Shown one piece after another: positions 26,548-38,272 of a stretch of 64,000 nucleotides of DNA. Origin of the DNA: Heptranchias perlo (lineage: Eukaryota); contig NC_090363.1 in NCBI RefSeq assembly GCF_035084215.1, positions 5,890,001 through 5,954,000 on the forward strand. Direction: 5' to 3'. Position numbers and translations under genes: made by a program. Positions within the stretch are counted from its first letter, which is position 1; every line of letters starts with the position of its first letter. The notes below the pieces were generated by a model. It was not told the origin of the DNA, did not search any database, and saw only the letters and a program-made list of their open reading frames with translations.

Positions 26548-28321
26548 CTTCCATGTGCACATGGTAAAGATATGGAGAGAGTGTGATGCAGCCCGTAGAT
26601 GAACAATCTTAATACAATAAGGTGAGCGTGAATGGAACTATTTGCGGTCTCTCTATTTTGGATACCCAGAGCTCCATTTATCGTCCGGTCAGAAGGGGAA
26701 AAACCCGACTTCAGAATGCCCAATGTGAAGAAAAACTCCAAAGCCGACAAAAAGTTAAAAGGCATTTGTCTTTGGTGCTTATTTTGGCGTTCATAGAGTA
26801 AAGGGAAGGTTACAGTCCAAATGATGTCCTTATCAATATATAATCACATAAATTGTATGCTCCTGAGGCACGTCGAATATCCGCAAAATCGTGGGCTATC
26901 TGATTTTAATCGACGGAAAATCACATTCTGCAGGTGCGCAATTTCGCTGTATACGGCCCGGGAGAGCAGCAGGAGCGCGGAAAGAGGCTTTTTAGCCGCC
27001 TAGCGTGCTGCAAGTGTCTCCAATTCCGTCTAACCTAGACTCTGTTTATAATGTAAACCTTCCGCTGAAAAATAAAATGAACAGAAAGAAGAATTACTTT
27101 GCTTGCTATGTGTGATTACATTCTAAAAATGTTACTTCTTAAACGCTTTTGAGGAGCTCACTGCAGACAGTGGCTTAATCTACACGAAGGGCAAAGGGGC
27201 CTCAAGATGAATAAGAAGGCGATTGGACAGATTATCGCCATGGCAACGAAGGTCATTGTACCAGTTGTTGTCATACATTTCGTCCATGAGACCCACATCC
27301 TGCTCTCATGAACCTATTTCCACTAAACTGCTAACCACCCACCTTCCCGTCCCAGCCCCCCATGCTAAATGATATTGTAAACGGTTCCCTCCCATCAAGT
27401 ACTGCCCCCTCCCTTTCAAGTCTGCCGGCTCTGACTTTTAGATTACCGCCCCATCTCCAGCCTCCTTTTTTCTCTCCAAAGAACGCGTTGTCGCCTTCAA
27501 AATCCGTACGTATCTTTCCCGCAGCTCCATGTTTGAATCTCTCCAATGCGGTTTCTGCCCCAGTTATGTGAACAGATTGTGCGCCATGTGCATTCAAGTC
27601 TCCGCCCTTGGACTTAAGGGAGTGAAGTTAGGGGCCGTGCCTGGGAGAACGGCCGGGGTGCGAGAGATTAAGGGTTTTACTAAGGATTAGGGCAGCAACA
27701 GCGGGGTTAGGAAGTGATTCAACAGATTGACAGCTGTAGAAGTAGCCTGGAGAACAGAGGGCCGAAGACCAGACACGTGGGAGTTTGAAAGTGTAGTTGT
27801 AAGTGCGTTGGGGAGAGGTTTTTTTTAAAGTGAGTCAATAATGAAAAACAACTCGATCAAGTATCACCCACGCTGCACCCAAATAGAAGGAGCAAAACAA
27901 CAAATGCCTAAAATATAACCTGGTGAAAGGAGGCCGAACTGCCTCCAACATTCGGAAGTACAAAACTTCAACCGCATGCGTGAGAAATGTTGAAGCAAAG
28001 CTCTATTTAGGTTTTCTGCGCCAAAGTCACCCAATTAACAAAGGAAACACGTTTGCTTGTTTCTGGTGAGGTTCAAGCTTTAAAAAGGTGTCTGCGTGAT
28101 AGTAAAAATGGCATGAACTAAATACCAACCTTGGATTAAGCATAATCATGGTGCTTCACCAATGGCATTCGGAAGTACTTTTTGCTTAACGAAATCTCTC
28201 TGGTTGTTCAATTTTTGATTGAATAGGATCGTTTGCATCCCCGCTATGTTGGTGTTTGTTCGGAGCCATGCCAGTTGCCCAGTCATATGAAAAGTAGATT
28301 AGTATTGAGTCAAATTCATTG

Positions 28322-28712
28322 TATCATAGTAGGTACAGCACAGGAGGAGGCCATTCGGCCCATAGTGCCTGTGCCTGCTCTTTGAAAGAGTTATCCAATT
28401 AGTCCCATTCTCCTGCTCTTTCCCCATAGCCCTGTAAATTCTTTCCCCTCAAGTATGTATCCAATTCCCTTTTGAAAGTTACTCTTCAATCTGCTTTCAC
28501 CACCCTTTCAGGCAGTGCAGTCCAAATCATTACAAAATCCTGTGTAAAAAAAAACGTCACCTCTGGCTCTTTTGCCAATCACCTTAAATCGGTGTCCTCT
28601 GGTTACCGACCCTTCTGCCACTGGAAACAGTTTCTCCTTATTACCTGTCAAACCGGTCATGATTTTGAACACCTCTATCAAATCTCCTCTTTAACTTCTC
28701 CATTCTAAGAAG
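28322..28712 (-). mobile_element. CR1 3' fragment
   Basis: CR1 3' UTR and gtgtcctctggttacc. Confidence 0.88.
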
Positions 28713-29264
28713 ATTCTCCTCTTCTTGCGTGATGTTCGACTGCAGTGTGGTGAAGAGGCTGTTCTTCTCGCAAAGTCTTCCTTTTATATTGTTTTTACCA
28801 ATAGGCGATAGGTTAGGGGAGTGTCATTCTTTTTGTCCAATTGCTCCCTGTTGGTATATCAATTACCATACCTCAATGATTGACAGTTTAGGCTTTGACC
28901 ATGTGACTGGGGACCCTTTGATGTAGAACAGACCATGTGGACCTCGTGGACTGAAGAATTAACCAAACTTCAGGCGGATGATCAAAATACTTGGTTTAAG
29001 GTTATACACATTACATGATTTGCCTGATGTGTGCATGAATTGTTACATCATTACACAATAACGTTGTGAATTATAAAGTGTATAACAGGAATTTATAGAG
29101 GAAAATCATATGTATGGTTTGATTTTGCTTCATCAATGTTCATATGAATGATAACATCATTAAATAATTACTTTTGATTAACAAAACCACAGTGAGTGAG
29201 GGTGACTTTCTTTGCTTGACTATTCGTCCAGTTCCAAGAATCACAGGAAGTAAGGCATACACTA

Positions 29265-30180
29265 CAGCTCCTCCAGCCTCTCAACAGAACTGAAATCCCT
29301 CATCCCTGGCACCATTCTAATAAATCTCTCCTGCGCCCTCTTTAAAGCATCTGAAGACATCCTTCCTAAAGTGTAATGCAGAATTGAACACAACACTTCA
29401 GCTGAGGCCTGATCAGTGTTTTATAAAGATTTAGCATAACTTCCTTGCTTTTGTACTCTACGCCTCCATTAATAGTGCCCAGCATCCTATGTGCTTTGTT
29501 TAGAGCCTTCTCAGCTTGCCCTGCCACCTTCAAAGATTTGTGTATGTGCATCCCCATGTCTCTCTGTTCCTGCACACCCGTTAAAATTATACCACTTAGT
29601 TTACATTGCCTCTCCTCATTCTTCCTACCAAAATGCATCATTTCACACTTCTCTGCCTTAAATTTCACCTCCCATGTGTCTGCCCATTTCACCAGTCTTT
29701 CTATGTCCTCCTGAAGTCTCTTACTATCTTCCATATTGTTTACTACATTTCCGAGTTTCGTGACATCTGCAAACTTTGAAATTATACCCTCTATACCAAA
29801 GTAAAGGCCATTAACATATATCATAAAGAGCAGTGGTCCTAATACTAACCCCTGTGGAATTCCACTGTATATTTCACTCCAGTCTGCAAAACAACCGTTC
29901 ACCACTACTCTCTGCTTTCTGTCCCCTAGGCAATTTTGTATCCACGCTGCCATTGTCTCTTTAATCCTATGGGCTTTATTTTTACTAACAAGTCTATTAT
30001 GTGATACTTTGTCAAATGCCTTTTAGAAGTCCATATACACAACATCAACTGCACTAGCCTCATCAACCCTCTCCATTACTTCAGAAGAACTCAATCAAGT
30101 TAGTCAAACACGATTTTCTTGCAACAAATCCGTGCTGACTTTCATTTATTAGCCCATAATTTTCCAAATGCCAATAAATA
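29265..30180 (-). mobile_element. CR1 RT fragment
   Basis: KQRVVVNG...GIPQGLVLGPLLF...KFADVTKLG; ESQHGFVARKSCLTN. Confidence 0.92.
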
Positions 30181-30404
30181 TTGTTCGGATTATTATTATT
30201 GAGAAAATGTCTTGATAAATTGACTTTCACATTTTGGTTCTGACTTAAGATTAAGAGACGTTTTAAGGTACTGCAGAGGCGATTCACAATCCCTCAAACT
30301 CGAAAAGGCCTCGTTTTGTTTTCGGCTGGCTTTGTACACTTTGTCGCCTCGATTATCACTGGGTGCATGTTATATTCAATCAAGGAAAGATGACATCCAC
30401 TCAT

Positions 30405-30830
30405 TTAATCAAGAAAACGGAGAGGGTTGATGAGGGTGGTGCGGTTGATGTTGTGTATATGGACTTTCAAAGGGTGTTTGATAAAGTACCACATAATAGA
30501 CTTGTCAGCAAAATTGAAGCCCATTGGATTAAAGGGGCAGCGGCAGCGTGGATACAAAATTGGCTCAGGGACAAAAAGCAGAGAGTAGTGGTGAACGGTT
30601 GTTTTTCGGACTGGAGTGAAGTAGACAGTGGTGCCCCCCAGGGGTCGGTATTAGGACCACTGCTCTTTTCATATATATTAATGACCTGGACTTGGGTAAA
30701 CAGGGCATAATTTCAAAGTTTTCAGATAAGACGAAACTCGGAAATGTAGTAAAGCTCTTTCTGTTCCTGCACGCCCTTTAAAATTGTACCATTTAGTGTA
30801 TATTGCCTCTCCTCATTCTTTCTACCAAAA
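30405..30830 (+). mobile_element. CR1 RT fragment with a short inverted segment at ~30757-30830
   Basis: VDVVYMDFQRVFDKVPH...GAPQGSVLGPLLF, then a switch to minus-strand CR1 sequence. Confidence 0.85.
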
Positions 30831-31457
30831 TATTATCTATTTGTTAGCTGATTCGGTCTTGATCTTAATGCTGCGAAACTATGCATTCATTCTGCAATGT
30901 TCTTGACAAGTCAGTAACACCTCGATGGGGTAGCAATTCGATTATTTCCTGTTGGAACATGAAAAGTGAGAATTTGATTAGTTCTGGAACAATGTTAATA
31001 CAGAGAATTAGCCTCTTCAATCATTCGTGATTTCCGCCCATGCCTTTTATTGCTGATGCAGTGCGGTTATCCTCGTTGTATCAATATCACTGAACAAGGT
31101 TTAACGAGGCAGCAAGAAACATATAAACAGGGAAATTGGATAGAATTAGATAGTTTGTTGTTAAACTGAAGTCGCCCGTGGTAAAACACATTGACAATAA
31201 TTAGTTTTGCCTACAAATCGGTGTCTACCAACCCGACTACATCTGGACCATGCTGTTAGTGGATGGCAGGGAATGTTAAGCTACGTCCCTTAGTTACATT
31301 TTATGAATATTTTTGCATTATTAAGCAAATTACTCTCAGCGTCCACTCAGCTTTCAAGATGTCCGCATTTAAAACAAATCACTTTAGCACATAGACCGTT
31401 CCCCTCAGAATATTAATTGAGACATGCATCGTGTGGAGAGGCAACTTGCGCTTTTTA

Positions 31458-31544
31458 TTATATAGTTGATTGATTGCAGAGTTGTGCGAGATCGTACCTG
31501 TGCTGCTCAGTATAAGAGTCCACATCGTGCAGATTCAAGCACTT
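31458..31544 (-). CDS. Candidate gene C terminal exon (phase 0 KCLNLHDVDSYTEQHRYDLAQLCNQSTI*; phase 1 EVLESARCGLLY*)
   Basis: Good acceptor tttctccctattatag|; the phase-0 stop overlaps an AATAAA (31454-31459). Confidence 0.3.
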   Translation of the reverse strand, partial: KCLNLHDVDSYTEQHRYDLAQLCNQSTI

Positions 31545-31629
31545 CTATAATAGGGAGAAATCCATCTTACCTCAAACTTTGTTGTTAAAAAGGTTTATTT
31601 TAATTTATTCAGGATATTCTGGAAATATA

Positions 31630-32678
31630 ATGGTAGGTACTCACATTGGCAGGATGTGACTAGTGGAGTCCTGCAGGGATCTGTCTTGGGGCCTCAATTA
31701 TTCACAATATTCATTAACGACTTAGATAAAGGCATAGAAAGTCTCATATCTAAGTTTGCCGATGACACAAAGATTGGTGGCATTGTAAACAGTGTAGAAG
31801 AAAACATAAAATTACAAAGGGATATTGATAGATTAGGTGAATGGGCAAAATTGTGGCAAATGGAATTCAATGTAGGCAAATGTGAGGTCATCCACTTTGG
31901 ACCAAAAAAGGATAGAACAGGGTACTTTCTAAATGGTAAAAAGTTAAAAACAGTGGATGTCCAAAGGGACTTAAGGGTTCAGGTACATAGATCATTGAAG
32001 TGTCATGAACAGGTGCAGAAAATAATCAATAAGGCTAATGGAATGCTGGCCTTTATATCTAGAGGACTAGAATACAAGGGGGCAGAAGTTATGGTGCAGC
32101 TATACAAAACCCTGGTTAGACCGGACCTGGAGTACTGTGAGCAGTTCTGGGCACCGCACCTTCGGAAGGACATATTGGCCTTGGGGGGAGTGCAGCGTAG
32201 GTTTACTAGAATGATACCCGGATTTCAAGGGTTAAGTTATGAGGCGAGATTACACAAATTGGGGTTGTATTCTCTAGAGTTTAGAATGTAAAGCGGGTGA
32301 TTTGATCGAAGTTTATAAGATGTTAAGGGGAACAGATACGGTGGATAGAGAGAAACTATTTCCGCTGGTTGGGGATTCTAGGAGTAGGGGGCACAGTCTA
32401 AAAATTAGAGCCAGACCTTTCAGGAGTGCGATTAGAAAACACTTCTACACACAAAGGGTGGTAGAAGTTTGGAACTCTCTTCCGCAAATGGCAATTGATA
32501 CTAGCTCAATTGCTAAATTTAAATGTGAGATAGATAGCTTTTTGGCAACCAAAGGTATTAAGGGATATGGGGCAAAGGCGGGTGTATGGAGTTAGATCAC
32601 AGATCAGCCATGATCTTATCAAATGGCGGAGCGGGCTCGAGGGGCTGAACGGCCTACTCCTGTTCCTATGTTCCTATA
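31630..32678 (+). mobile_element. CR1 RT and 3' end
   Basis: QGSVLGPQLFTIFINDLD...FADDTK; tail cctgttcctatgttcctat. Confidence 0.94.
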
Positions 32679-32829
32679 TGTTACCACGTATGCCGAATCC
32701 ACGTCAGAGTGATTGCCAGTTTCATTCTGTGAGACAACTGTAGCGAAATAATAATACACCATAACCTTGAATAATTAAATTCCCAAATGATATACTTAGA
32801 AAAGCAACGTTTACAATGTTGCAAGTACA

Positions 32830-34795
32830 TCTATGTAATAATACGACGGTCTTATACGAAGACAAAGGACAGTGGAGAACCCACGGAATGGGAGAGATAC
32901 AAAGGACAGCAAGGGGATAAAAATAAAGTGGTAAGAGCTGCAAAACGAGAATACGGGAAAAAACTTGCAAGGGATATTAAGTACAACATTAAAGGCTTTT
33001 ACAAATATATTAAGAGAATGAGGGTGGCTAAGAGTAATGTTGACCCCTTTATGACAGATTCAGATGATATTGTAATTGAAAATCAGGAAATGGCAGACTT
33101 ACTAAACAGATACTTGATATCAGTCTTCACAGTACAACATAAGGATAAGGTACCAGAGATACAAGCAAACTAAAAATAAATCAAGGGGAGGAACTAACTA
33201 GATTCAGTATGAGTTTTTTAAAATGGTGATGGAGAAACTAAGGGGATTAAAGATAGACAAATCCCCAGGACCCGATAGTTTCCACCCCAGAGTATTAGAA
33301 GATGTAAGTGAGGAAATTGTTGATGCATTAGTCATGATCGTCCAAAACTCTCTTGATTCAGGAATTGTCTCCTTGGATTAGAAAATTGCCAATGTCACTC
33401 CATTATTTAAGAAGGGTAGGAGAGATAAATTAGGAAACTATAGGCCTATTAGGCTAACTACAGTTGTGGAGAAGTTACTAGAATCTGCTATAACGGACAG
33501 AGTGACTGAGTATTTGTATAAATATAAGCTGATCAGAGAGAGCCAGCATGGATTTGTAAAGGGTGCGTCATGTCTAACGAATCTAGTTGAATTTTTTGAA
33601 CAGGTAACAAACGTGTTAGAAAAGGGAGTCTCTGTGGATGTTATTTGTATGGACATCCAGAAAGCATTCGATAAGGTTCCACATAAGAGACTGTTAACCA
33701 AAGTGAGAGTGCATGGAATTGGAGGCAACCTATTGACTTGGATAGGGAGTTGTTTATGAGGTGGGAGACAGAGATAAGGGACAATGGGTATATAATCAAA
33801 TTGGCAGGAGGTGTCCCCTAGCGATCTGTACTGGGGCTTCAGCTTTTCACCATATTTATAAATGACTTGGATGAAGTAATAGAAAGCCATATATCTAAGT
33901 TTGCTGACAATACTAAGTTACGTGGCACAGTAAATGGTGTAGATGGGAGCAGAAAGTTGCAAAGGGACATTGATAGATTAAGTGAGAGGACAAAACTGTG
34001 GCGATGGTGTTCAGTATGAAAAAGTGTGAGGTCATCCACTTTGGACCTAAGAAAGATAGATCAGGGTATTTTCTACATGGTGATAAGCTGGAAACTGTGG
34101 GTGAGCAGAGAGATTTATCGGTTGGAGTGCAGAAATCACTAAAAGCTAATGGACAGGTACAAAACATAATTAAGAAGGCGAATGGAATTTTGGCCTTTAT
34201 CTCAAGGGGACTGGAATAAAAAAGGGTGGAAGTTATGTTACAGCTGTACAAAGCTCTGGTTAGAGCCCATCTGGAGTATTGCATTCAGTTATGGGGAAAA
34301 TACCTCAGGAAGGATGGATTGACCTTGGAGCGACGCAGTTTCACCAGAATGATACCGGGGTTAAATTATGAGGACAGATTGCATAGACTAGGCTTGCATT
34401 CCCAAGAATATAGAAGATTAAGGGGTGATGGAATTAAGGTGTTTAATATAATCAAACGAATTGATAGGGTAAATGGGGAGAAACTATTTCCTCTGGTGGG
34501 GGAGTCCAGAACAAGGGGGCATAACCTTAAAATTAGAGCCATGCCGTTCTGGAGTGATGTCAGAAAGCACTTCTTCACACAAGGGGAAATAGAAATTAGG
34601 ATCTCTCTCCCCAAAAAGCTCTTGAGGCTAGGTCAAAATTTTAAAACTGAGATTCATAGATTTTTGTTAGGCAAGGATATTAAAGGTTACGACACCAAGA
34701 CTGGTAGATGGAGTGACGATACAGACCAGCCGCGATCTAATTGAATGGTGAAACAAGCTCGAGGGGCTGAATGGCCTACTTTTGTGCCTATGTTG
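32830..34795 (+). mobile_element. CR1 ORF2 remnant (~2 kb)
   Basis: Linker region (aaatccccaggaccc), ESQHGFVKGASCLTN, KAFDKVPH, 3' UTR. Confidence 0.93.
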
Positions 34796-34829
34796 CTGTG
34801 TTCCGATAAGGTTGCCGATTTTAAAGAGA

Positions 34830-34940
34830 ATATCTGTCTTTCTATCATCTATCTATCATCATATACCTATCCATCTTTCATTATCTATCTATATATTTTT
34901 CGATCATCTATCTATCATCATATATCTATCTATCTATTAT
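34830..34940. repeat. Degenerate (ATCT)n repeat
   Basis: tctatcatctatctatc...; a similar tract lies at ~9900-10025. Confidence 0.7.
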
Positions 34941-35647
34941 ACAAGTTCGTGAGTGTTAACTATAAAATGTGTCATGACATTTCTCAAAAAGTAACTCTAA
35001 ACTGCAACAATGTGTGTTAATGACCGCTTACACTTCCACTGACGGACAGATACAGTTACATAAAACTGTGGATGCGAACACATATGTGCTGATAGAGAAT
35101 GATTTGCTTTGGCCGCTATGTGCTAAGCCTGGCTGGAAGATTTACTGGCCTTTAAATTTGTAGCCTAATGCTCAAAGCGTTGTAAGTTTACAATTTCCAT
35201 AGATAACGCAATATTGGAAGATTTGCTCTCTAATGTTTTGGGACACGCAAAATGAATTTTAAAAGATCATAACAACCAGAGCAATTCCTCACCCCAGATG
35301 AAATCTCCCCGTTATGTTTAAGACTCACTAATAGCGACTGCGGGGTTCTTCCTTATTCGTGTCACCTAATAAGTATATTGACCAATGAGTGTCAAAGTAT
35401 GATGCCAGTATACCTTCCACAATATTAAATAATCATTTTAACTATTGCTGCCTCAAGTTAAATTAATTTCGAACCTGATTTCAAATGTCAAAAGTTCGAA
35501 ATGCAAAGGCAAAATGTAATAAATAACATTACTCTGGCTTTAATACACTTTGTTCTCTATAGATTCCAAGATATGCTGTTGTAACATTTTGGAAATGATT
35601 ATTGCATTTTGACATTTGTCATTTCAGTCTTAGAGCATTCCAAATAC

Positions 35648-35691
35648 TTCAGAGCGCATCTTATTTCCCTCAGTTTTCTTCAAGCTACCAA
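35648..35691 (-). CDS. Candidate gene C cytoplasmic exon (VGSLKKTEGNKMRSE; read-through gives VFGML* ending at 35630)
   Basis: attttatag| acceptor, open phase-1 frame, weak gtattt donor (phase 0). Confidence 0.3.
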
Positions 35692-36074
35692 CTATAAAAT
35701 CTCGAGTTTCACTCAGCTAATCACGACTTCTTCATTTATGACTATCCTTTGATAATCCTTTCAATTGTTGTTTCTTAATCATAAATAAAGAAATAAAATT
35801 CTCTTAAGATCCTACCCATTTCCTTTGCTCTGCTGGCTACAATATACGCGGGTCATACTATCAAAATGTATTAATTAATCACCTCACTGCTGATTCATTA
35901 TCCCGAGTCACCCCACCGTACATCGAATAAATGCATAATTTATACCAGTTAGAGGTAGAATTAGAGTTCACAGTTAAACTCATCTTTTAATAATAAATAA
36001 TTCGTTAAACTGTGCATGATTGAAGTGTCAATTATATTTGAAGGTTCACAAAAGATGGTCTTACTTTGTATCGG

Positions 36075-36435
36075 TAGAGGTGCTCAGATTCCTGAACGGA
36101 TATGATAGAGTAAATAAGGAGAAACTCACTCCAGTGCCAGTAAGGTCAGTAACCAGAGGACACACATTTAAAGTGACTGGCAAAAGAACCAAAGGCGACT
36201 AAGAGATTTTTTTTTAACGCAATGAGCTGTTGTGACCTGAAATGCACTGAAAGGGTAGCGAAAGCAGATGCAATAGTAACTTTGAAAAGGGAATTGGATA
36301 AATACTTGAAGGAGAAAATTTGCAGGGCTGTGGGGAAAGAGCAGGGGAGAGGGACTAATTGGTTAGCTCTTTCAAAGAGTGGACCAAGTGGCCTCCTTCT
36401 GTGTTGTATCATTCTAAAATTCTATGATTCTATAA
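36075..36435 (+). mobile_element. CR1 3' fragment
   Basis: VTRGHTFKV, KRELDKYLK; tail ttctatgattctat. Confidence 0.88.
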
Positions 36436-36519
36436 CAATGTTTTAAATGAACCATTACCGCGTGCATTATCAGAAGAGTGATTCTTTAAGGGTGACGTTC
36501 CATATACAAAGATACATAC

Positions 36520-36648
36520 CATTGCATTTCCATTTCTGTTTGCGTGCTAGTATTATCATGATTACAACAGCCAGCAAGACTAGTGCGCTCCACATTACAT
36601 GTGGTAAACCAATCGCTGGGCTCTGGCAATTTGAATTCGTTATCCTTC
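36520..36648 (-). CDS. Gene C exon 3: stalk + transmembrane RRITNSNCQSPAIGLPHVMWSALVLLAVVIMIILARKQKWKCN
   Basis: 129 nt phase 1-1, acceptor ttcatttcatcatttcag| (similar to the gene B TM acceptor), donor G|gtatgt; this frame is not in the ORF track. Confidence 0.87.
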
Positions 36649-36689
36649 CTGAAATGATGAAATGAAGTTAGTATTTCTGTTTCTATTCT

Positions 36690-37085
36690 AGGAACAGGAA
36701 CATAGGAACAGGAGTAGACCATTCAGCCCCTCATGCCTGCTCCGCCATTTGATAAGATCATGGCTGATCTGTGATCTAACTCCATATACCTGCCTTTGGC
36801 CCATATCCCTTAATACCTTTGGTTGCCAAAAAGCTATCTATCTCAGATTTAAATTTAGCAATTGAGCTGGTATCAATTTCGTTTGTGGAAGAGAGTTCCA
36901 ATTCCGTTTGCGGAAGAAAGTTCCAAACTTCTACCACCCCTTGTGTGTAGAAATGTTTTCTAATCTCACCCCTGAAAGGTTTGGCTCTAATTTTTAGACT
37001 GTGACACCTACTCCTAGAATCCCCAACCAGCGGAAATAGTTTCTCTCTATCCACCCTCTCCGTTCCCCTTAATACTTATAAGCTT
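36690..37085 (-). mobile_element. CR1 3' fragment (same subfamily as 32302-32678)
   Basis: DREKLFPLVGDSRSR...; contains a small internal duplication near 36876-36925. Confidence 0.9.
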
Positions 37086-37206
37086 AAAGCTTAAGAACGA
37101 AGATAGCTGTCCTACAGAAGACAGTAAAAATATTTTTTAATGACTCTCTGTATAAATAGCAAGGTTTAAAAATATAGGCGAATGGGCTCTGGGTTTTATT
37201 CTCTAG

Positions 37207-37236
37207 CTCTCTCTCTCACACACACACACACACACA
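37207..37236. repeat. (CT)n(CA)n compound microsatellite
   Basis: ctctctctctcacacacacacacacacaca. Confidence 0.9.
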
Positions 37237-37413
37237 GGTCATTCACATCTCTTCGAAAGGGCAGAAATATGAACATAAACAATTAGTTGTTCATTTTAAC
37301 TCTACAACATTACAATAATGAACTCAGAGACAATAGCACAATGTAACCAACAGACAGATCTGTAACAATGGTACGGGTTTTTTTTTAAAGCATTACTTCT
37401 AATATCTATTCAC

Positions 37414-37562
37414 GCCTCATTTATAGTCTGATGTCGTTTCGGTCCCTTTCACATTTTCCCCATTCGGTCTTTGCAGCAGTTACAGGGATCTGAGTCTGTC
37501 CCTATCACATCAGAGATTTTAGTAAACATTCTGAGTGGCTGTTCCACTGCGGAGGGAATCGC
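37414..37562 (-). pseudogene. Decayed duplicate of the 3' half of a V exon, inside gene C intron 2
   Basis: RMFTKISDVIGTDSDPCNCCKDRMGKM* aligns with gene C RIFIKISDLIEKDADTYFCSIRLMGEG; shares tcagagatttta with the gene C V exon; in-frame stop; ends in C|gtgaat. Confidence 0.7.
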
Positions 37563-38003
37563 ATTTTTTTTATTCGTTCATGGGATGTGGGCGTCGCTGG
37601 CAAGGCCAGCATTTATTGCCCATCCCTAATTGCCCTTGAGAAGGTGGTGGTGAGCTGCCTTCTTGAACAGCAACTGAGTGGCTTGCTAAGCCATTTCAGA
37701 GATCGATTAAGAACCGACCACATTGCTGTGGGTCCGGAGACACATATAGGCCAGACCTGGTAAAAACGGCAGGTTTCCTTCCCTAAAGGACGTTAGTGAA
37801 CCAAATGGGTTTTTACGACAATCTGGTAGTTTCATGGCCACCATTACTGATACTAGTTTTTTTTATATTCCAGATTTTATTTAATTAATTGAATTTAAAT
37901 TCCCCAGCTGCCATGGTGGGATTTAGAACTCATGTCTCTGGATTATTAGTCCAGGTTTCTGGATTACTAGTCCAGTAACATAACCACTGTGCGATCGTAC
38001 CCA
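37562..38003 (-). mobile_element. tRNA-headed SINE sharing both its middle and its 3' tail with the LINE at 58230-60626
   Basis: Head cgcacagtggtt...gagttctaaatccc; body matches 58230-58340; tail matches 60522-60626. Confidence 0.85.
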
Positions 38004-38272
38004 TTGCCCAAGCCTGTCCTCAGTAATGTCGGCATTCTACACTTTTGACTGGGTAATGTTCAGGTCTGTGAACTCTGTCACGCATACACACTATCCTGTG
38101 CTGGGAGAGAAACATCAATAGGTTGCAGTGTGTTAATTCATATAAACAATACATTGCAATAGCATGCGGTAAACTAATAGTACAGTAATTAAAACAGAGA
38201 AAACGGAATCATACTTATCCTGTAAAATTACACCACGTGCTTTCTAAAGGGCTCTTTGTATTTGGTACTTAC

